Shown here one piece after another: positions 9,881 through 22,500 of a DNA stretch of 64,000 nucleotides. The number at the start of each line of letters is the position of its first letter. Position 1 is the first letter of the stretch. This DNA is from a virus. Its lineage: Duplodnaviria > Heunggongvirae > Uroviricota > Caudoviricetes. The notes under the pieces are model-generated. The model made no database searches and was not told the DNA's origin. It saw only the letters and a program-made list of their open reading frames with translations. The position numbers and the translations under genes were made by a program. The stretch lies in IMG/VR virus record IMGVR_UViG_3300027608_000011, one strand, 5' to 3'.

Positions 9881-12800
9881 CTAATTTAAATCGCCCTGTT
9901 CTTGGGTTATAAATTTAGCCGCTAGTGTATTGCTTTCTTTCAGCGTTTTGCCTAGCTCATTGAAAATTACCTTAGCTCCTGAGAATTTAATGTTTCCCTG
10001 ACGTTCGGTTTCTACTGGGATTGCTTGTTTTGGATCAGCATCATATACCGTTGTTCCAGCAACGTGAGTACTAATGCCAGTACCTAGCGTTCCCCTTAGC
10101 AATTTGCCTAGTCTATTTCCAATGATCTCGTAGTATTCTATACGTTCGCCGTCAATGTATATTACGCCAGGGCTCTTAAATGATATATCAACGCCGCCGA
10201 GTGCCAAGCCGTTTTCTACATCTATATATTCATCTTGCAGGTTAAAATCACTAGTCAACGTAGTTTTTCCACTATTTACTATTCTAGTAAATTTCCATTC
10301 ATGGTTTAATGATTTTAACATACGGAAACTATAGTATTCTGGAGCAGGAGATAATACAGTAACTGGCCAATGTAAATTAACTGCTACTGGAAAAATAGTT
10401 ACACCCCATCCATTAAACATGTTATTGTGCATAGCGTCAGTGATTGTAAACTCGTCGTATTGGTCAGCGCCCGGAGTTCCTATTGCTCCACGTGGAACTC
10501 GCACAGTCCATCCTGCGGTAATTCTTGTAGTCTCTGCATTTTCTTCAAATACCCATCCAGATGACATGCCACCCGGTTGTCCAGTTACTCCAGACTCTAT
10601 TGTCATACTAATTTGATTATCACCATACTTTGTTTGTACCAATAATTCTAAGTTGTCTCCGGCTTTGACTATCGCTAGTTCTTCGTCAGGATTCATTTCA
10701 TCGCGTAGCAAATTAAATGCTCGACCATCAATATACGATTGTATCTGATCTGGACGTAGCCCGAATCCTGCACCGTCGTACATTGAATCTAGATATGCTT
10801 GTTCTAGTTCTGGCCTAGTAGGATCAATACCCGCTGGCGAATCCCAAGGTCTACGTTGAAAGCCTGGCTCTACTATATTAAAATCTGTTCCGTCAATAAT
10901 GTTAACTAAATTAGAGCCTTGTCCAGTTCTATCAAATTTTAAGTTGACATCTATAGTATATGAGTCTTCGGGGCTTATTGTTGTTTCATCATTTAAGTCT
11001 CGAGTATCTAATACTTCTCGCAATTTACTTCTGTAAGGCTTTGAGTTATCTATATATTCAATAAAATTCTCAACTTTGTCTTTCTTAAATTGTGGCTCTT
11101 GCGTTAGCCCTCTAACTGTTAAGTTATCGATATGTAAATATGTACTCTTTTGTATCCAATCAACTTTATCTTGTTCACTATAAACAAAACGTATCATAGC
11201 AAAGAATAATCTGTTATAATAGTACTGGCGTGATCCAACAAATATATCTTCTCTAAGAGCAGTTAGAATTTCATAAAATTCTTGACTAGGTTCAGGATCC
11301 CAGCGTTTAAAATCCCATGGGCCTAGATCCCATAAGTCTTGTTGCTTCTGGCTATTAAAGAGAATTTCTTTAAACTGTATAGTGCTATTTTTTCTAAATC
11401 GAAGTATTGTGGCACCTTGTATATATTCGTATATTGCATATTTTCCTATACTATCATTTTTTACTAATATATAATCAAAATCATTAATTACATTAGATAG
11501 TTGTGGAATGTCTGCCTCAGCTGTTACTCCATAGGAAATTTCTTTTTTACTGTCGTAGTTTGCGTCGACGAAATCAACTATATCATAAAATTTAGTTAAC
11601 TGATAATCATATTCGCCTTTTGTAAAATCTCCCAAATGTTTATTCCAATCTGTGATTGACACTACGTCCATAGTCGCTAATAATTCGTTGGCCACTCTGA
11701 TGAAGTTTCGTCGAGCTTCACTTCGATTCTTAATCCAGGTTTGCTGACTAGGACGAATTTGATTACCGTAGCGATTAAACTGATTTATTCTAGGGTCGGG
11801 TACGTCATTAGGCAACGGCATCTTAATTCTATTATTAGGTAATAAAATATATTCATATAACTTATAGAATGGTTGTTGACCAAATGCACGAGCTGTATCT
11901 TCTTCCGTGAAATCTCTAAATGCTCTATAGTAATAATTGTTTTGTTTTATTATATCACCGTAAGCATACTGATAATTATATTGATAATCATCAAATGATG
12001 CAATATAAGTAGTGCTATCGTAACCAACCATACTATCTCTTAAACGAATGTGTAGCCATTCTGGAATTGTTGTATTATTGTCCAACTCGCGCAGAACCAT
12101 CCATTGACTATGTAAGTTGGTGTCACTAAGATCTGTCTTAAATTTAATTTGTATAGATGTACTAGTATCATTTAAGAATTGTTGTACACCATATATAATA
12201 AATCCATACTCACTTACTGGCGAAAACCATGGTATTCCCATTGCAGTAGGATCTTTAATAATGTCTGCTAACATACTAGTCGAATATTTTCGTGACACAG
12301 TTTTGCCCGACGGCACTACTGTTTTATCCTTGACCCAAAAATAATATTTTGTAATGCTAGACCCATCTTCAATGACATAGGTATATGTACTATAACTAGT
12401 ATTTTGAACTATGCCTGTTGGATAAACCCTAGCAACACCGGTTGGCAGTTGTCCGTCGATTAACGTTCCATTACTAACTGCTTCGTTGTATGCTACCGGG
12501 TCTACTGAGGATTCAGTCCATTCATATATGTCAATGCTAGATCCTGTAAATAATTTACCCCAATTTTTTAATCTATAATCCAGTGTTCCTTGTTCGTACG
12601 TAACATATTTGGCCGTACTAACGTCCCACCATACTGTACCAATTTGGGCACGTTCCCAATATGCGTCAGGGTTTATTGTTACGTCAGGATCAGATGAAAT
12701 TTCATATTGGGCCGGGTCTGCTGGGCTCTTAATATTAATTTCTACATTAGCTATCGATGGAATTATTCCTTTATACGGATCCCAACGTTCTATATCTAGC

Positions 12801-15800
12801 AGAACTCTATCTAGCGCATGGTCATACAGAAGCACTTCGTCAATAGCATACGTATCTACCATTGGCTGTTCTTTGTCGATTAAATCAAACTGCTTATACG
12901 GAATGTAGTCTCTTATTTCGTCTTGCCACATAAAAATAGCATAGCCATATAATGGCGAACCTATTTCTTCTATAAATGCAAGTTGATTATCTATCCAGGT
13001 ATATCGACTTAATGCTGTAATAGATTGTTGTAATCTTGCTTGTGACTCGAACTTTACAGGAACAAATGAATAGGCATCGCCTTCTGTTCCTACTTCAGTG
13101 ATTATACTATCAATTTCTACAGTATCATTGCCTACTATTTTGTCAATTCTAAAAAAGCCGTCGACTACATCACTACTATTAGTATTTGATATATGTAGCC
13201 AATCACCCACAGTTAGTGCAGTATTAATATTTTCACTAAATGTAACATTAGTTGGGCCAGTTGGATCGTCTTCATCGGCTTTAGCGATGCTTGAAATTGT
13301 AAAATGTTTTTGCTGGCGTAGTATACTCCAGTTACCAAACTCAAAATTACCAACCCAAATGTTTGGCCTATCGCTACTAGTAGGATCAATTGAATCATAC
13401 AATCCCTTAAGGCCTGTGGCTAGTCCAATGGAGTATGATACATGTTCGAAACTAACAAATCCCGGAGTTGGTAAATCGTCGTCATATACAATTTCATTGC
13501 TATCATTTGTAATAACAGATTTTTTACGTACTGGAAACTGTAGATTATCTATTCCAGGTCGATGTATCCATCGACTATCATTAGTCATAATATCAATTAT
13601 ACTATCTGTGCTACGATCTATATTACTTCTTTCAGTCGTAGGATCATAGTCAGGCATGAATCTAAACACTTGTTTAGCATCTTTAAATTCTCGTTGCTTT
13701 AATTGTAAATTCCAACTGAGTTTAGTTTCATTTGCTCCAAAGTCGCCTAATTTAAATAACCACTCTTCGTCTACTACTAGTTCTTTAGCATACGAAACAT
13801 CACCTTCTATTTTTGTATTACGTAATAGTTTATTATATGATGCTGGTGTGCCTTGTTGTCTCATCATTCCGCGCTGGAACTCAAACGCAACTGTAGGATT
13901 CTCTAATAGATTACCTAAATAATTTTTTGTATTAACTCCAAGAGTATGCCTTGCTGTTTCTACTAAGCGAGAATTTAATGTACTACCTTCTACGTTAAAA
14001 TATCGTGTATCCATGTCGTCAATGGTTCTGTCAAAGTTAGCAATTAACGAATTACCGTAAATTAAATAACCCGGGGCATATGGGCGCCCTTGCCAATCGG
14101 CAGTACGCTGACCAATTAATTTTAATCTATATTGTTTTAATCGTAGTACAGGATCATATATGATGTCGTTAAACACAGTTTCGTTGTCAAATACAATTGC
14201 GTGTTCTATATCAATTATTCGTAGTCTTACTCCAAATAATCCTAGTTGATTATCTTTTACAGTAATAGAAGTTAGCCCATCGTCTTCTCTATTTACAGTT
14301 ACATTTGATACATCAATAGGAATACCATCTTTGTTTAGCAACGGAGAAAAACCTCTGTCTAAATAGTTAAGATCTTCTACAAATCCCCTGTCTAATTTAA
14401 ATTCTAACTTATTAGCACACGGACTTAGATTAATACTATAGCCAGGATTCCATTGGGTTTCGCTCCAGAATAAGAAATGCTGAGCACTTTGTCTAAAATC
14501 TTTAATTCCAGACATATTACTATCATATTCGCCAAAAACTACCCCTTGGTCAATTATCCATTTATTATATCCTAATAGAAAATTTACTACGTCTTCACGA
14601 CTTGTCAACGTTGTACCATAGTCTAATTTAGAACTATTTTGTTCCCAGTCTATTGCTTCCTTAATGGTTAAATTTCCGTATGTAAAGTCTTTAGTACGAG
14701 TTGTTGATTTAGGACGGTAAATTATAAAGTATGGATTTACTAAATTTGTGCCACTGACTTCATATCCTTTGCCGTTAAAGGTAATTTTTACGCCGCTATA
14801 GAAAAATTCTGTATACGGAGTTCCTTTATAAAATATAATACCGTAGTTCTCTTCCGGTACTATATTTGTATCTTTTTGTGTTTTAAAACTGTCTGCTATA
14901 AATGTTAAATTACGCTTATCAGCAAATCCGCCCACTTTAAATATAGGTTGTACTGTTGCATATCTTAAATTTGTACTAAAAGAATCAGCAACCGTTTTGC
15001 TATCACTAATTAGACCTTCAACGATTAATTGCTCTAATCCATAACGGATTATTACGTTATCGACGTCGTCGAGTTCTCTGTGAAAAACATAATCACTGAG
15101 CTGTGGTCGACTACCTTGCAAGTTGCTTATGCTATACTGCGTTCTATAGAAATCAACGTCAGTATATTCTGGTTGCCAGCATTTTTCAACAAACTTATTT
15201 GGTGCTACTGTAAATTTCCACTGAGCTATATCCCATGGATAACTTTCACTATGAACCCATGCCATTTCTTGATTGCCTAAATCGCCTTGTTTCCATGCAA
15301 CCTGAGCTTGTTCTTGTGTTGGCTCACTTACAATATTCGCGGCTACTGGGTCCAGTAACTGTCCTAAATAATTCACAGGAAACTCGGCGCCAGGTCTTGC
15401 ATATCTTAAATCAATATACACGCCATCGCTTGGGGGAGAAACGTTTCCTAATTGTAATGCCGTTATTAATGGAGTACGCTTATTTGGATTTGTCCAGCTA
15501 TATGCAGAATCCCACCACGTTGGTTTAACTGTATACCCTAACATTTCCCACGGATGTGTATGTGGCCTGTCGGTATCAAATAAATGTTTATATATTGCTC
15601 TCCAACTGCCGCCAGCTCTTGTACCTTGGTCGATAATCTCAAACGTAACACTAACATGGTCATATTGGCAAGTATCAACTAATATTAATCTACTATCAGA
15701 TTCTACACTTGCTACTGTTCCGATGTCGAACCCTGCCAATGTTTTTAAAACATTACCTACACTTACTTCTGTTAAAAATGCAGTATTGTTTCCATTCAGA

Positions 15801-18800
15801 TCGCCTGTTGTTCCGTTTACTATTTTAGATCCATTACTAACTGTTAAGGTACCGGTACCATTTCTATTAATAGAACCTACATTACAGGAACTAAAATTCC
15901 ATGTAAATTTATTGTTTTGTCGATAAAAATTGTCATTGCTATATTGAGTGACACCGTTATTTGTTGCCCACAATCTGTACAAGTCTTCTGCATACTGTAA
16001 ATACTCGGCATTATTGAAACGTGTATTCCTATAATAGCCCGGGCGGCTACGATCCCACTCGAATCTATTTTCTTTAAACTTCTTAAAAATGTTATTATAT
16101 ATACGAGCTTCTAATTCAAATATAATGTCATCCCTATAATCTCCATAAGAAACTATCTTACTACCGTCATGACATAGTATATGTGTAACTGGAGTTGTAT
16201 ATGTATTGTCTGTTATAATTTCTGGCATATATACTGGCGCCATACCCAACTTTGCTAGGGTAGGGGGAATATAACAGTTATTTTTAGTTTCGTAGACAGT
16301 TAAAGTTAGATTTTGTTCGCCCGTTAATCCAGTGTTTAGTGTAATAGTAGTGTTGCCTAATTCAAAGTCGCGGCCTTCTATTAACGATTGACTGTTAATG
16401 TTAACGTAGACGTGATTGCGGTATGGATCATTAATATCTACAGCAATTGGTAACGCAAATATTCTACCACTATTAGATGTTGCGCCAGGGTAAGTTATGG
16501 TATTATTAATTGCTCCCCAATATACCATATCACTAAGTGCATGTGGAAATTCTGTATCTTTACCTATGTTAATCGCGGTTAATGCTATGTTTAACATTTC
16601 TGCAGGTGTTAACTCAGTTACACTAATTTCGTTATTTAAACTTTCTATTTTTTGTAAAAACTTTTGTCTAAATGATTTATACTGTATCGAACCCCAACGT
16701 AGTGCATTAATTGGATTAGTATCGGAATTACGTAATAGTACTGCTAGTTTTAAAGAACTATTTTCTGGTTGTCCGACAACCCACCCTTCTCCCGGGTTCG
16801 TATGTATATTAAAATAATTATTTTTTCCGAACGCTTCTCCGGAAAACCCAATGGTACTTAGTAGTTTACTTTTGAAATGATTGAATAAGGAATTATAACC
16901 AGCCGACACAATCTGATTCTGGTCAGCATTTGCTTCTAATGTGCTATGTATTGCATATACACCTAATTCGATTGAACTTTCGAATAAGGCCTCAATATAG
17001 TCACCTGCTTTAAGATTGGCGCCGTCTACATATACATCCATTAATGCACGATTTATAGGATTCTGTTCCCATGTAATGCCGCCCGACTGATCATATCCGT
17101 TGACCCTGATTATAAAACTCCTAGGATCTAAGTACGTATCCGTAATTAATATCTGCCCAATTTGTCCGTTGAATGCATAACGTAATTTTATAAAATCAGG
17201 AGCAGTAATTGAAATTAGCCCAGCGTTAGCGCCGTTATTTTCAATCCATGGCAAAACTACATATCCAATGTCATCGCGATATACTGTAAATGGCATGCCC
17301 GACATGTTTAATATATTAGCTGTTTCGTTAATTGGAACTACTAGTGTATTTGTATTTGGGTCAAATCTTTCCCATTCATTATTTTTACTTAAACACCAGA
17401 ACACAATATTTCCATATTCTTGTGTTATCATATAGGTATATGATGGTCTGCTGTCTATAGGAATTGATAATACATTATCTTGTTGCGGTTCAACTATAGT
17501 TCTACTAACACGCTGATACGTTTTTGGTGGTTCACTGCTTTTGACCCAACTATTACTTTGCATTGATTTGTTAAATTGATCATTGAAATATTGATAGTAA
17601 TAGTTTCCTGGGATTTCTGTTCGTAAACCATCTGCATTATAATAAGATCGATTTCCCTGTGTGTTATTGAATACAATATTAGTAAAAATTTTCGCAAAAG
17701 GACTACTCGAGTCTACTAACTGGAAGTTAGTACTTTCATAAGAAATATTAATTCCTAATTCAGCATCCATTACATCACCAGGAGCATATTCAAATAACGT
17801 ATTTCCGGCAAAGTCATTACCAGTCCATTCGTTGTTACTACCTAGGTATTTTCCGTTATTGTCATATAAATTAAACTTAGGTGCTTGGTTATGCAATAAT
17901 TTATTTTGTCCTAGTTGCCATTTAGTACCAGTATACCATAGTTCTCTAAATAAAAATGCATTGCCTTGTGTAACAAATACCTTTTGGTCATTAATCGGGA
18001 TGGCGTCACTGGCCGGTACAAATTCAATCGCTGACCCGACACCCCTTACAATGTAAGTTTTATTGTTATAACTGTGATTACCATTAATAAAAAGAACACG
18101 CATCTCATTTTTAAGATGAATAGCATCAACCATATAAGCACTTTGTCCAGCTATGTCAGATGGTAATGTTCTATCAATGATTAAATTAACTTCTTGTTTA
18201 ACAGTTTTTCCGTAGTCATATAATTCTATATTTTTGTTAAATTGTATGATTGGGCGAGCGCCTCGTAAATCCAATGGTAGTAAGTCGGCCGCGTTAATAT
18301 CTAAGAACTCACACGTGGCTTTTACTGCATCTACATGATACCATTTATTTGTTCTGCTCCATGGATTCTGATCTGTCGCGCCGCGGGCCATAACAACATA
18401 TTCTTTAAGAGAGCCGGCTATTTCACTGGTATCCCATTTCTTTTGATCCCAATTGGTGCCGTCCCATGGCAAATATGCCATTGTAGAAAATATTGTTCTT
18501 GTGTCTAGTAATTTATTAGGTATTAGTTTAATAGATTCGCCAACTCCGTCTACAATAAAATATGTAGGATCAATAATTGGATCGTTGCTACTAACATATT
18601 CTAAAGGAGTTACGGTGTCCGGAGTAACTCCGTTAACTCGGATCGAAAATCCAGTGCCCTGTAGTAATACTGATGGGCTTACTTTTAATGTATCGCCTAC
18701 GTTAAATCCAGAACCACCATCAAGCAAATCGATCCGTGTAACTAATCCTTGTTCTACTGTGGCTGTAACTTTTATTCCAGAGCCGTAGACATTATCAGTG

Positions 18801-19507
18801 GTACCAATTAAAGGTATATTTTCATACACTCCGTCAATATAGCCAGAGCCACCGATTAATAAATTCAATGATGTAGCTGACTTCCTGTTAATAAAAAATA
18901 GTTTCATACCATTAACTAAAGTTAATGTCTTACCATTTGATTGCTCCGGAGTAGTATAAGATAGTTTCCCTAATATATCAGTAGCTACATTTATTAATCC
19001 TTCTAATCTAATAGGACGTGGATCAAATTTTAGCCAATAGTAACTACTGAAATTAATAAACATATCAGTGTTAATAGGAGGAGCCCATACATATGAATCA
19101 CTGTCTAATTGATCTGATTTAAAATCAGGCCAATTAATTTTTAACTGGTCTAAAAAGTCGTCGTAATTTAATGCGTCGGTAATATTACCATCTTCGTCAT
19201 TCAATACAACCCCAGTATCAAATTGGTAGTCGCCTCTTATTTCTCTGGGTTCTTCTAAGTAAAAGTCAGTTGTAGGATTATATACTGTTCCACTCTTTCT
19301 ACCAATATATAAATTAATATCTTCAGGATGACCTTTACTAATTAATGTATCTATACTGTTCTTTAAAAACTTTAAATTTACATCTGTCTTAAAATAGCCG
19401 GGCAAGAACGTACTGGCACTAACAGTATCCTGTTTAGTTCCTTGACCCGGGACTGTATTTTTACCTTGAACGACCGGCTGTGCAGAGAAATTATTTTTTG
19501 TCGCCAT
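9881..19507 (-). CDS. Giant 3208-aa virion protein (putative baseplate wedge, gp7 positional equivalent)
   Basis: Immediately downstream of the gp6-like gene; beta-rich; C-terminal GVIYIDGERIEY...RGTLGT. Confidence 0.65.
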   Translation of the reverse strand: MATKNNFSAQPVVQGKNTVPGQGTKQDTVSASTFLPGYFKTDVNLKFLKNSIDTLISKGHPEDINLYIGRKSGTVYNPTTDFYLEEPREIRGDYQFDTGVVLNDEDGNITDALNYDDFLDQLKINWPDFKSDQLDSDSYVWAPPINTDMFINFSSYYWLKFDPRPIRLEGLINVATDILGKLSYTTPEQSNGKTLTLVNGMKLFFINRKSATSLNLLIGGSGYIDGVYENIPLIGTTDNVYGSGIKVTATVEQGLVTRIDLLDGGSGFNVGDTLKVSPSVLLQGTGFSIRVNGVTPDTVTPLEYVSSNDPIIDPTYFIVDGVGESIKLIPNKLLDTRTIFSTMAYLPWDGTNWDQKKWDTSEIAGSLKEYVVMARGATDQNPWSRTNKWYHVDAVKATCEFLDINAADLLPLDLRGARPIIQFNKNIELYDYGKTVKQEVNLIIDRTLPSDIAGQSAYMVDAIHLKNEMRVLFINGNHSYNNKTYIVRGVGSAIEFVPASDAIPINDQKVFVTQGNAFLFRELWYTGTKWQLGQNKLLHNQAPKFNLYDNNGKYLGSNNEWTGNDFAGNTLFEYAPGDVMDAELGINISYESTNFQLVDSSSPFAKIFTNIVFNNTQGNRSYYNADGLRTEIPGNYYYQYFNDQFNKSMQSNSWVKSSEPPKTYQRVSRTIVEPQQDNVLSIPIDSRPSYTYMITQEYGNIVFWCLSKNNEWERFDPNTNTLVVPINETANILNMSGMPFTVYRDDIGYVVLPWIENNGANAGLISITAPDFIKLRYAFNGQIGQILITDTYLDPRSFIIRVNGYDQSGGITWEQNPINRALMDVYVDGANLKAGDYIEALFESSIELGVYAIHSTLEANADQNQIVSAGYNSLFNHFKSKLLSTIGFSGEAFGKNNYFNIHTNPGEGWVVGQPENSSLKLAVLLRNSDTNPINALRWGSIQYKSFRQKFLQKIESLNNEISVTELTPAEMLNIALTAINIGKDTEFPHALSDMVYWGAINNTITYPGATSNSGRIFALPIAVDINDPYRNHVYVNINSQSLIEGRDFELGNTTITLNTGLTGEQNLTLTVYETKNNCYIPPTLAKLGMAPVYMPEIITDNTYTTPVTHILCHDGSKIVSYGDYRDDIIFELEARIYNNIFKKFKENRFEWDRSRPGYYRNTRFNNAEYLQYAEDLYRLWATNNGVTQYSNDNFYRQNNKFTWNFSSCNVGSINRNGTGTLTVSNGSKIVNGTTGDLNGNNTAFLTEVSVGNVLKTLAGFDIGTVASVESDSRLILVDTCQYDHVSVTFEIIDQGTRAGGSWRAIYKHLFDTDRPHTHPWEMLGYTVKPTWWDSAYSWTNPNKRTPLITALQLGNVSPPSDGVYIDLRYARPGAEFPVNYLGQLLDPVAANIVSEPTQEQAQVAWKQGDLGNQEMAWVHSESYPWDIAQWKFTVAPNKFVEKCWQPEYTDVDFYRTQYSISNLQGSRPQLSDYVFHRELDDVDNVIIRYGLEQLIVEGLISDSKTVADSFSTNLRYATVQPIFKVGGFADKRNLTFIADSFKTQKDTNIVPEENYGIIFYKGTPYTEFFYSGVKITFNGKGYEVSGTNLVNPYFIIYRPKSTTRTKDFTYGNLTIKEAIDWEQNSSKLDYGTTLTSREDVVNFLLGYNKWIIDQGVVFGEYDSNMSGIKDFRQSAQHFLFWSETQWNPGYSINLSPCANKLEFKLDRGFVEDLNYLDRGFSPLLNKDGIPIDVSNVTVNREDDGLTSITVKDNQLGLFGVRLRIIDIEHAIVFDNETVFNDIIYDPVLRLKQYRLKLIGQRTADWQGRPYAPGYLIYGNSLIANFDRTIDDMDTRYFNVEGSTLNSRLVETARHTLGVNTKNYLGNLLENPTVAFEFQRGMMRQQGTPASYNKLLRNTKIEGDVSYAKELVVDEEWLFKLGDFGANETKLSWNLQLKQREFKDAKQVFRFMPDYDPTTERSNIDRSTDSIIDIMTNDSRWIHRPGIDNLQFPVRKKSVITNDSNEIVYDDDLPTPGFVSFEHVSYSIGLATGLKGLYDSIDPTSSDRPNIWVGNFEFGNWSILRQQKHFTISSIAKADEDDPTGPTNVTFSENINTALTVGDWLHISNTNSSDVVDGFFRIDKIVGNDTVEIDSIITEVGTEGDAYSFVPVKFESQARLQQSITALSRYTWIDNQLAFIEEIGSPLYGYAIFMWQDEIRDYIPYKQFDLIDKEQPMVDTYAIDEVLLYDHALDRVLLDIERWDPYKGIIPSIANVEINIKSPADPAQYEISSDPDVTINPDAYWERAQIGTVWWDVSTAKYVTYEQGTLDYRLKNWGKLFTGSSIDIYEWTESSVDPVAYNEAVSNGTLIDGQLPTGVARVYPTGIVQNTSYSTYTYVIEDGSSITKYYFWVKDKTVVPSGKTVSRKYSTSMLADIIKDPTAMGIPWFSPVSEYGFIIYGVQQFLNDTSTSIQIKFKTDLSDTNLHSQWMVLRELDNNTTIPEWLHIRLRDSMVGYDSTTYIASFDDYQYNYQYAYGDIIKQNNYYYRAFRDFTEEDTARAFGQQPFYKLYEYILLPNNRIKMPLPNDVPDPRINQFNRYGNQIRPSQQTWIKNRSEARRNFIRVANELLATMDVVSITDWNKHLGDFTKGEYDYQLTKFYDIVDFVDANYDSKKEISYGVTAEADIPQLSNVINDFDYILVKNDSIGKYAIYEYIQGATILRFRKNSTIQFKEILFNSQKQQDLWDLGPWDFKRWDPEPSQEFYEILTALREDIFVGSRQYYYNRLFFAMIRFVYSEQDKVDWIQKSTYLHIDNLTVRGLTQEPQFKKDKVENFIEYIDNSKPYRSKLREVLDTRDLNDETTISPEDSYTIDVNLKFDRTGQGSNLVNIIDGTDFNIVEPGFQRRPWDSPAGIDPTRPELEQAYLDSMYDGAGFGLRPDQIQSYIDGRAFNLLRDEMNPDEELAIVKAGDNLELLVQTKYGDNQISMTIESGVTGQPGGMSSGWVFEENAETTRITAGWTVRVPRGAIGTPGADQYDEFTITDAMHNNMFNGWGVTIFPVAVNLHWPVTVLSPAPEYYSFRMLKSLNHEWKFTRIVNSGKTTLTSDFNLQDEYIDVENGLALGGVDISFKSPGVIYIDGERIEYYEIIGNRLGKLLRGTLGTGISTHVAGTTVYDADPKQAIPVETERQGNIKFSGAKVIFNELGKTLKESNTLAAKFITQEQGDLN

Positions 19508-19508
19508 C

Positions 19509-22500
19509 TTATGCCTTAATTAACTTTTGTTGTTTCAAGTTAGTATCAGTTAACTGTGTAATAATATCAATATCCTTAATAGTTGCGCCGCTAACAAATA
19601 ATTCGTTAGCACCACTTGTTACTTGGAACAAGTCCCCGAACGTTGTACTAGTTCCTTGCGGTACTAATACTACAGAACTGATAGATCCTGCTAACTTAGT
19701 ATGTATGTAGGCCGCCAGTTCCGTAAAGTAAAATGTTTCTCCAAAGGTCCAGTTAACAATAGAAAAGAACTCGTCGATTGCCGTTAGTGTTCTACTTTTA
19801 ATTTCACTATCACTGAGTGATGTTCCAGCCAGTTTAATTACTTTAAATTTTCCTTTTAGCTCTTTATCTGCATAATTTCCAAATAGTATCTTATATTTAC
19901 TTGGTCGATATACAATTGTATCACTACTTGTTTTAACTTCTTCCAATGCCGCAAAATTCTGATACAGCTCTTGCGGGGTTGGAGGTAATGGCATGTCTTC
20001 AATTTTGCCTGTGGCTTTTAACCATCGTCTAAATTTTAAATCGTAGTCACTAGTTAATACAAATAAATCTATAATATTAATAGAACTTGGATCAATTCTC
20101 TGATTAGACTCTGCAATATGATGCCACTGCATATACAAATCAGTTCTACCTTTGTGTGTAATACTAGTGGTTGTATCTTCATACGAAGAATCAAAAATTT
20201 GTCTAAATTTAATGCCGTTAACAGTTACATAGTCTGACTTAACAATATTACTGCCTACTAGGCCTTCAAAGATATATGGATCATCGGGTAAGAAATCACT
20301 GTTGGCATCAGATAAACTAACCACTAATTTCGTATTATCTGTAAAACTATCTTCGGCAATAAAATATTTGTCACTCTTAAACTCTGCTTTTTTGCCAAAG
20401 ACTTTTGTGCCGTCAGCACTTAAATTCGATGGCAAGTAATAGAAGCTATCTTGTTCTATTTTAGTTGTTTCGCTGTTAATGGCTTTTTTAAAGTTTTCGT
20501 TAAAGAATCTAACTTTATTCACACTGCCTGAAATGTAACGAATTGATTTATGATAAACAACGTATTGATCATTCTCATAATTCACTCTAATCCACCAACT
20601 GTTGTCTTTATTTTGTTCACTTACATCACCGGCAAATGTTGTATTATAGAAAAGAGAATTTCCTATATTATTTTGACTTACGATTCTGTAAGTTTGCGTA
20701 ATATAATCATAACGTATTGCAAACGGCAATTTAGTTTCTAACAACTCTTTAATTAAATTGTACTCGGTGGTGCCGAATACTTGTTTAAATCTAGGAATAT
20801 ATCGGATTATTTTACTATTAGTTTTAATATTTTTCGAAAGAACTACAACACCAGTGCCATCTTCTTTTCTGCCGGTATTGTTTGAATTCAAATCTTGTAC
20901 ACCTTGCCCGGTGCCGTATATATTGGTTACGGCCACCCATTGCCTAACTTGTGTGTCAGGGTCTTCAAATTCAAGTAATGCACCTTGTACAATTTGTCTA
21001 TTTTGTCCAACCGTTGCTAACCCTATTTTAATAATAGAGGCAAAGTTTTGGCTGACTTCGAAGCCAGTAAAGTATCCTGTGCTCTTGCCAGAGCCCAACG
21101 TAACCCTATTCCATTTAACATTTGTCGGTAAACCAGTAGTTGGCGATGGCGATTGATTATAGTTTAGTGCCGGGCTCTGTGAATAGAACATGTTAACGAC
21201 CTCGGCCTCACGTAATATGCCAGCTAGATTATCGACAATTAAATTTTTAAGGTACAAGTTATTGTTAACAGTATAATAGTTTGTTGTATAATATTCGTCT
21301 TTATAGATATATGCATCATCTGTAAATATATCCAAACTTTGGTTTGTACCAGTAGGATCTGTTATATTTGTATATCTACTAAATCCACTGTGTATTCTAT
21401 TAGTTGCTTTAATTTTTAAAATGTTATTGCTTGTTGTCAACGGATACACACTATAATCATTACCAGTAACCATACGGTCCTGACTATAATATGAGTTCGG
21501 TGCATTAACTCTTACACTTTCAATATCTTCACTGCCTACGCTATTAGTCACATCATATTCTAAGTCGGCAGTTAACGTTAAAAACTGGCGCTTGCCCACT
21601 TTATCATAGTATGCAAAGTCCCATGTGATGTTTTTCATATCTTCAGGGCGTATAGTATATGTCTCACCGTTACTACTACGTGTCCATACTCTGATAATTC
21701 CCCTAGGAACTTGGCTAAAGTATCCGTCGCCAAACTTTACACTAATTTTATCATTGTCTCGAGTAATTACGCTACATATTTTTCTGTCGCCGCTGGCAAA
21801 GCTATTATAAATGATATTGTTACCAACTAAGTTAGGCACATTTTTCCAGTTATTAACTACACTACCATCTTCATTGATTGCTTGTACGTAGACGTCCTGC
21901 TCGTTAATCATTTCGATATCAATGTCAATGACTCTATTTTCGATATAATCGTTTAATTGATAGTCGTTCTTATTCATCTGTCCTTGTTTAAAGACAACAA
22001 AGAATCCTGTATTAGCACTAGTATTGCCGGCGCCGTCATTTCTATATAGTAAATTCCACTGAGAGAATGGATCCGGTGTTTGTTCTTCGTAGTAACCTAG
22101 GTCTGCAAATGTGGGATTACATATTTCAAAATTTGAAGTTTTACTTGCTACAGATGCACTATAACTAACTGCAACCTGTTGGTCAGGTATAGTATTTAGG
22201 CTGTATAACTGACTAGTAACGCCGCCCACAGTACCTGCTTTTACAGGTGTTCCAAATGGATGGTTAGTTCCAAATACCGAATTTAATACTGTAATAAATT
22301 TTTCAAAACTATCAGGATCGTTTACGCCTGCCCATTGTAATGGTACATTAGCTAAATTTGAACCAGTGCTATCTAATACATTTTCAGTTGTTTTAATTGA
22401 TTTTATTTTTAATAGGCCCTGTGCAGACACGTTACGCTTTGGGTTGTAGCTTAAAAATCTGGCTAGGCGCAATACGTTTTCTTTACGTTCGGCAGTATCA

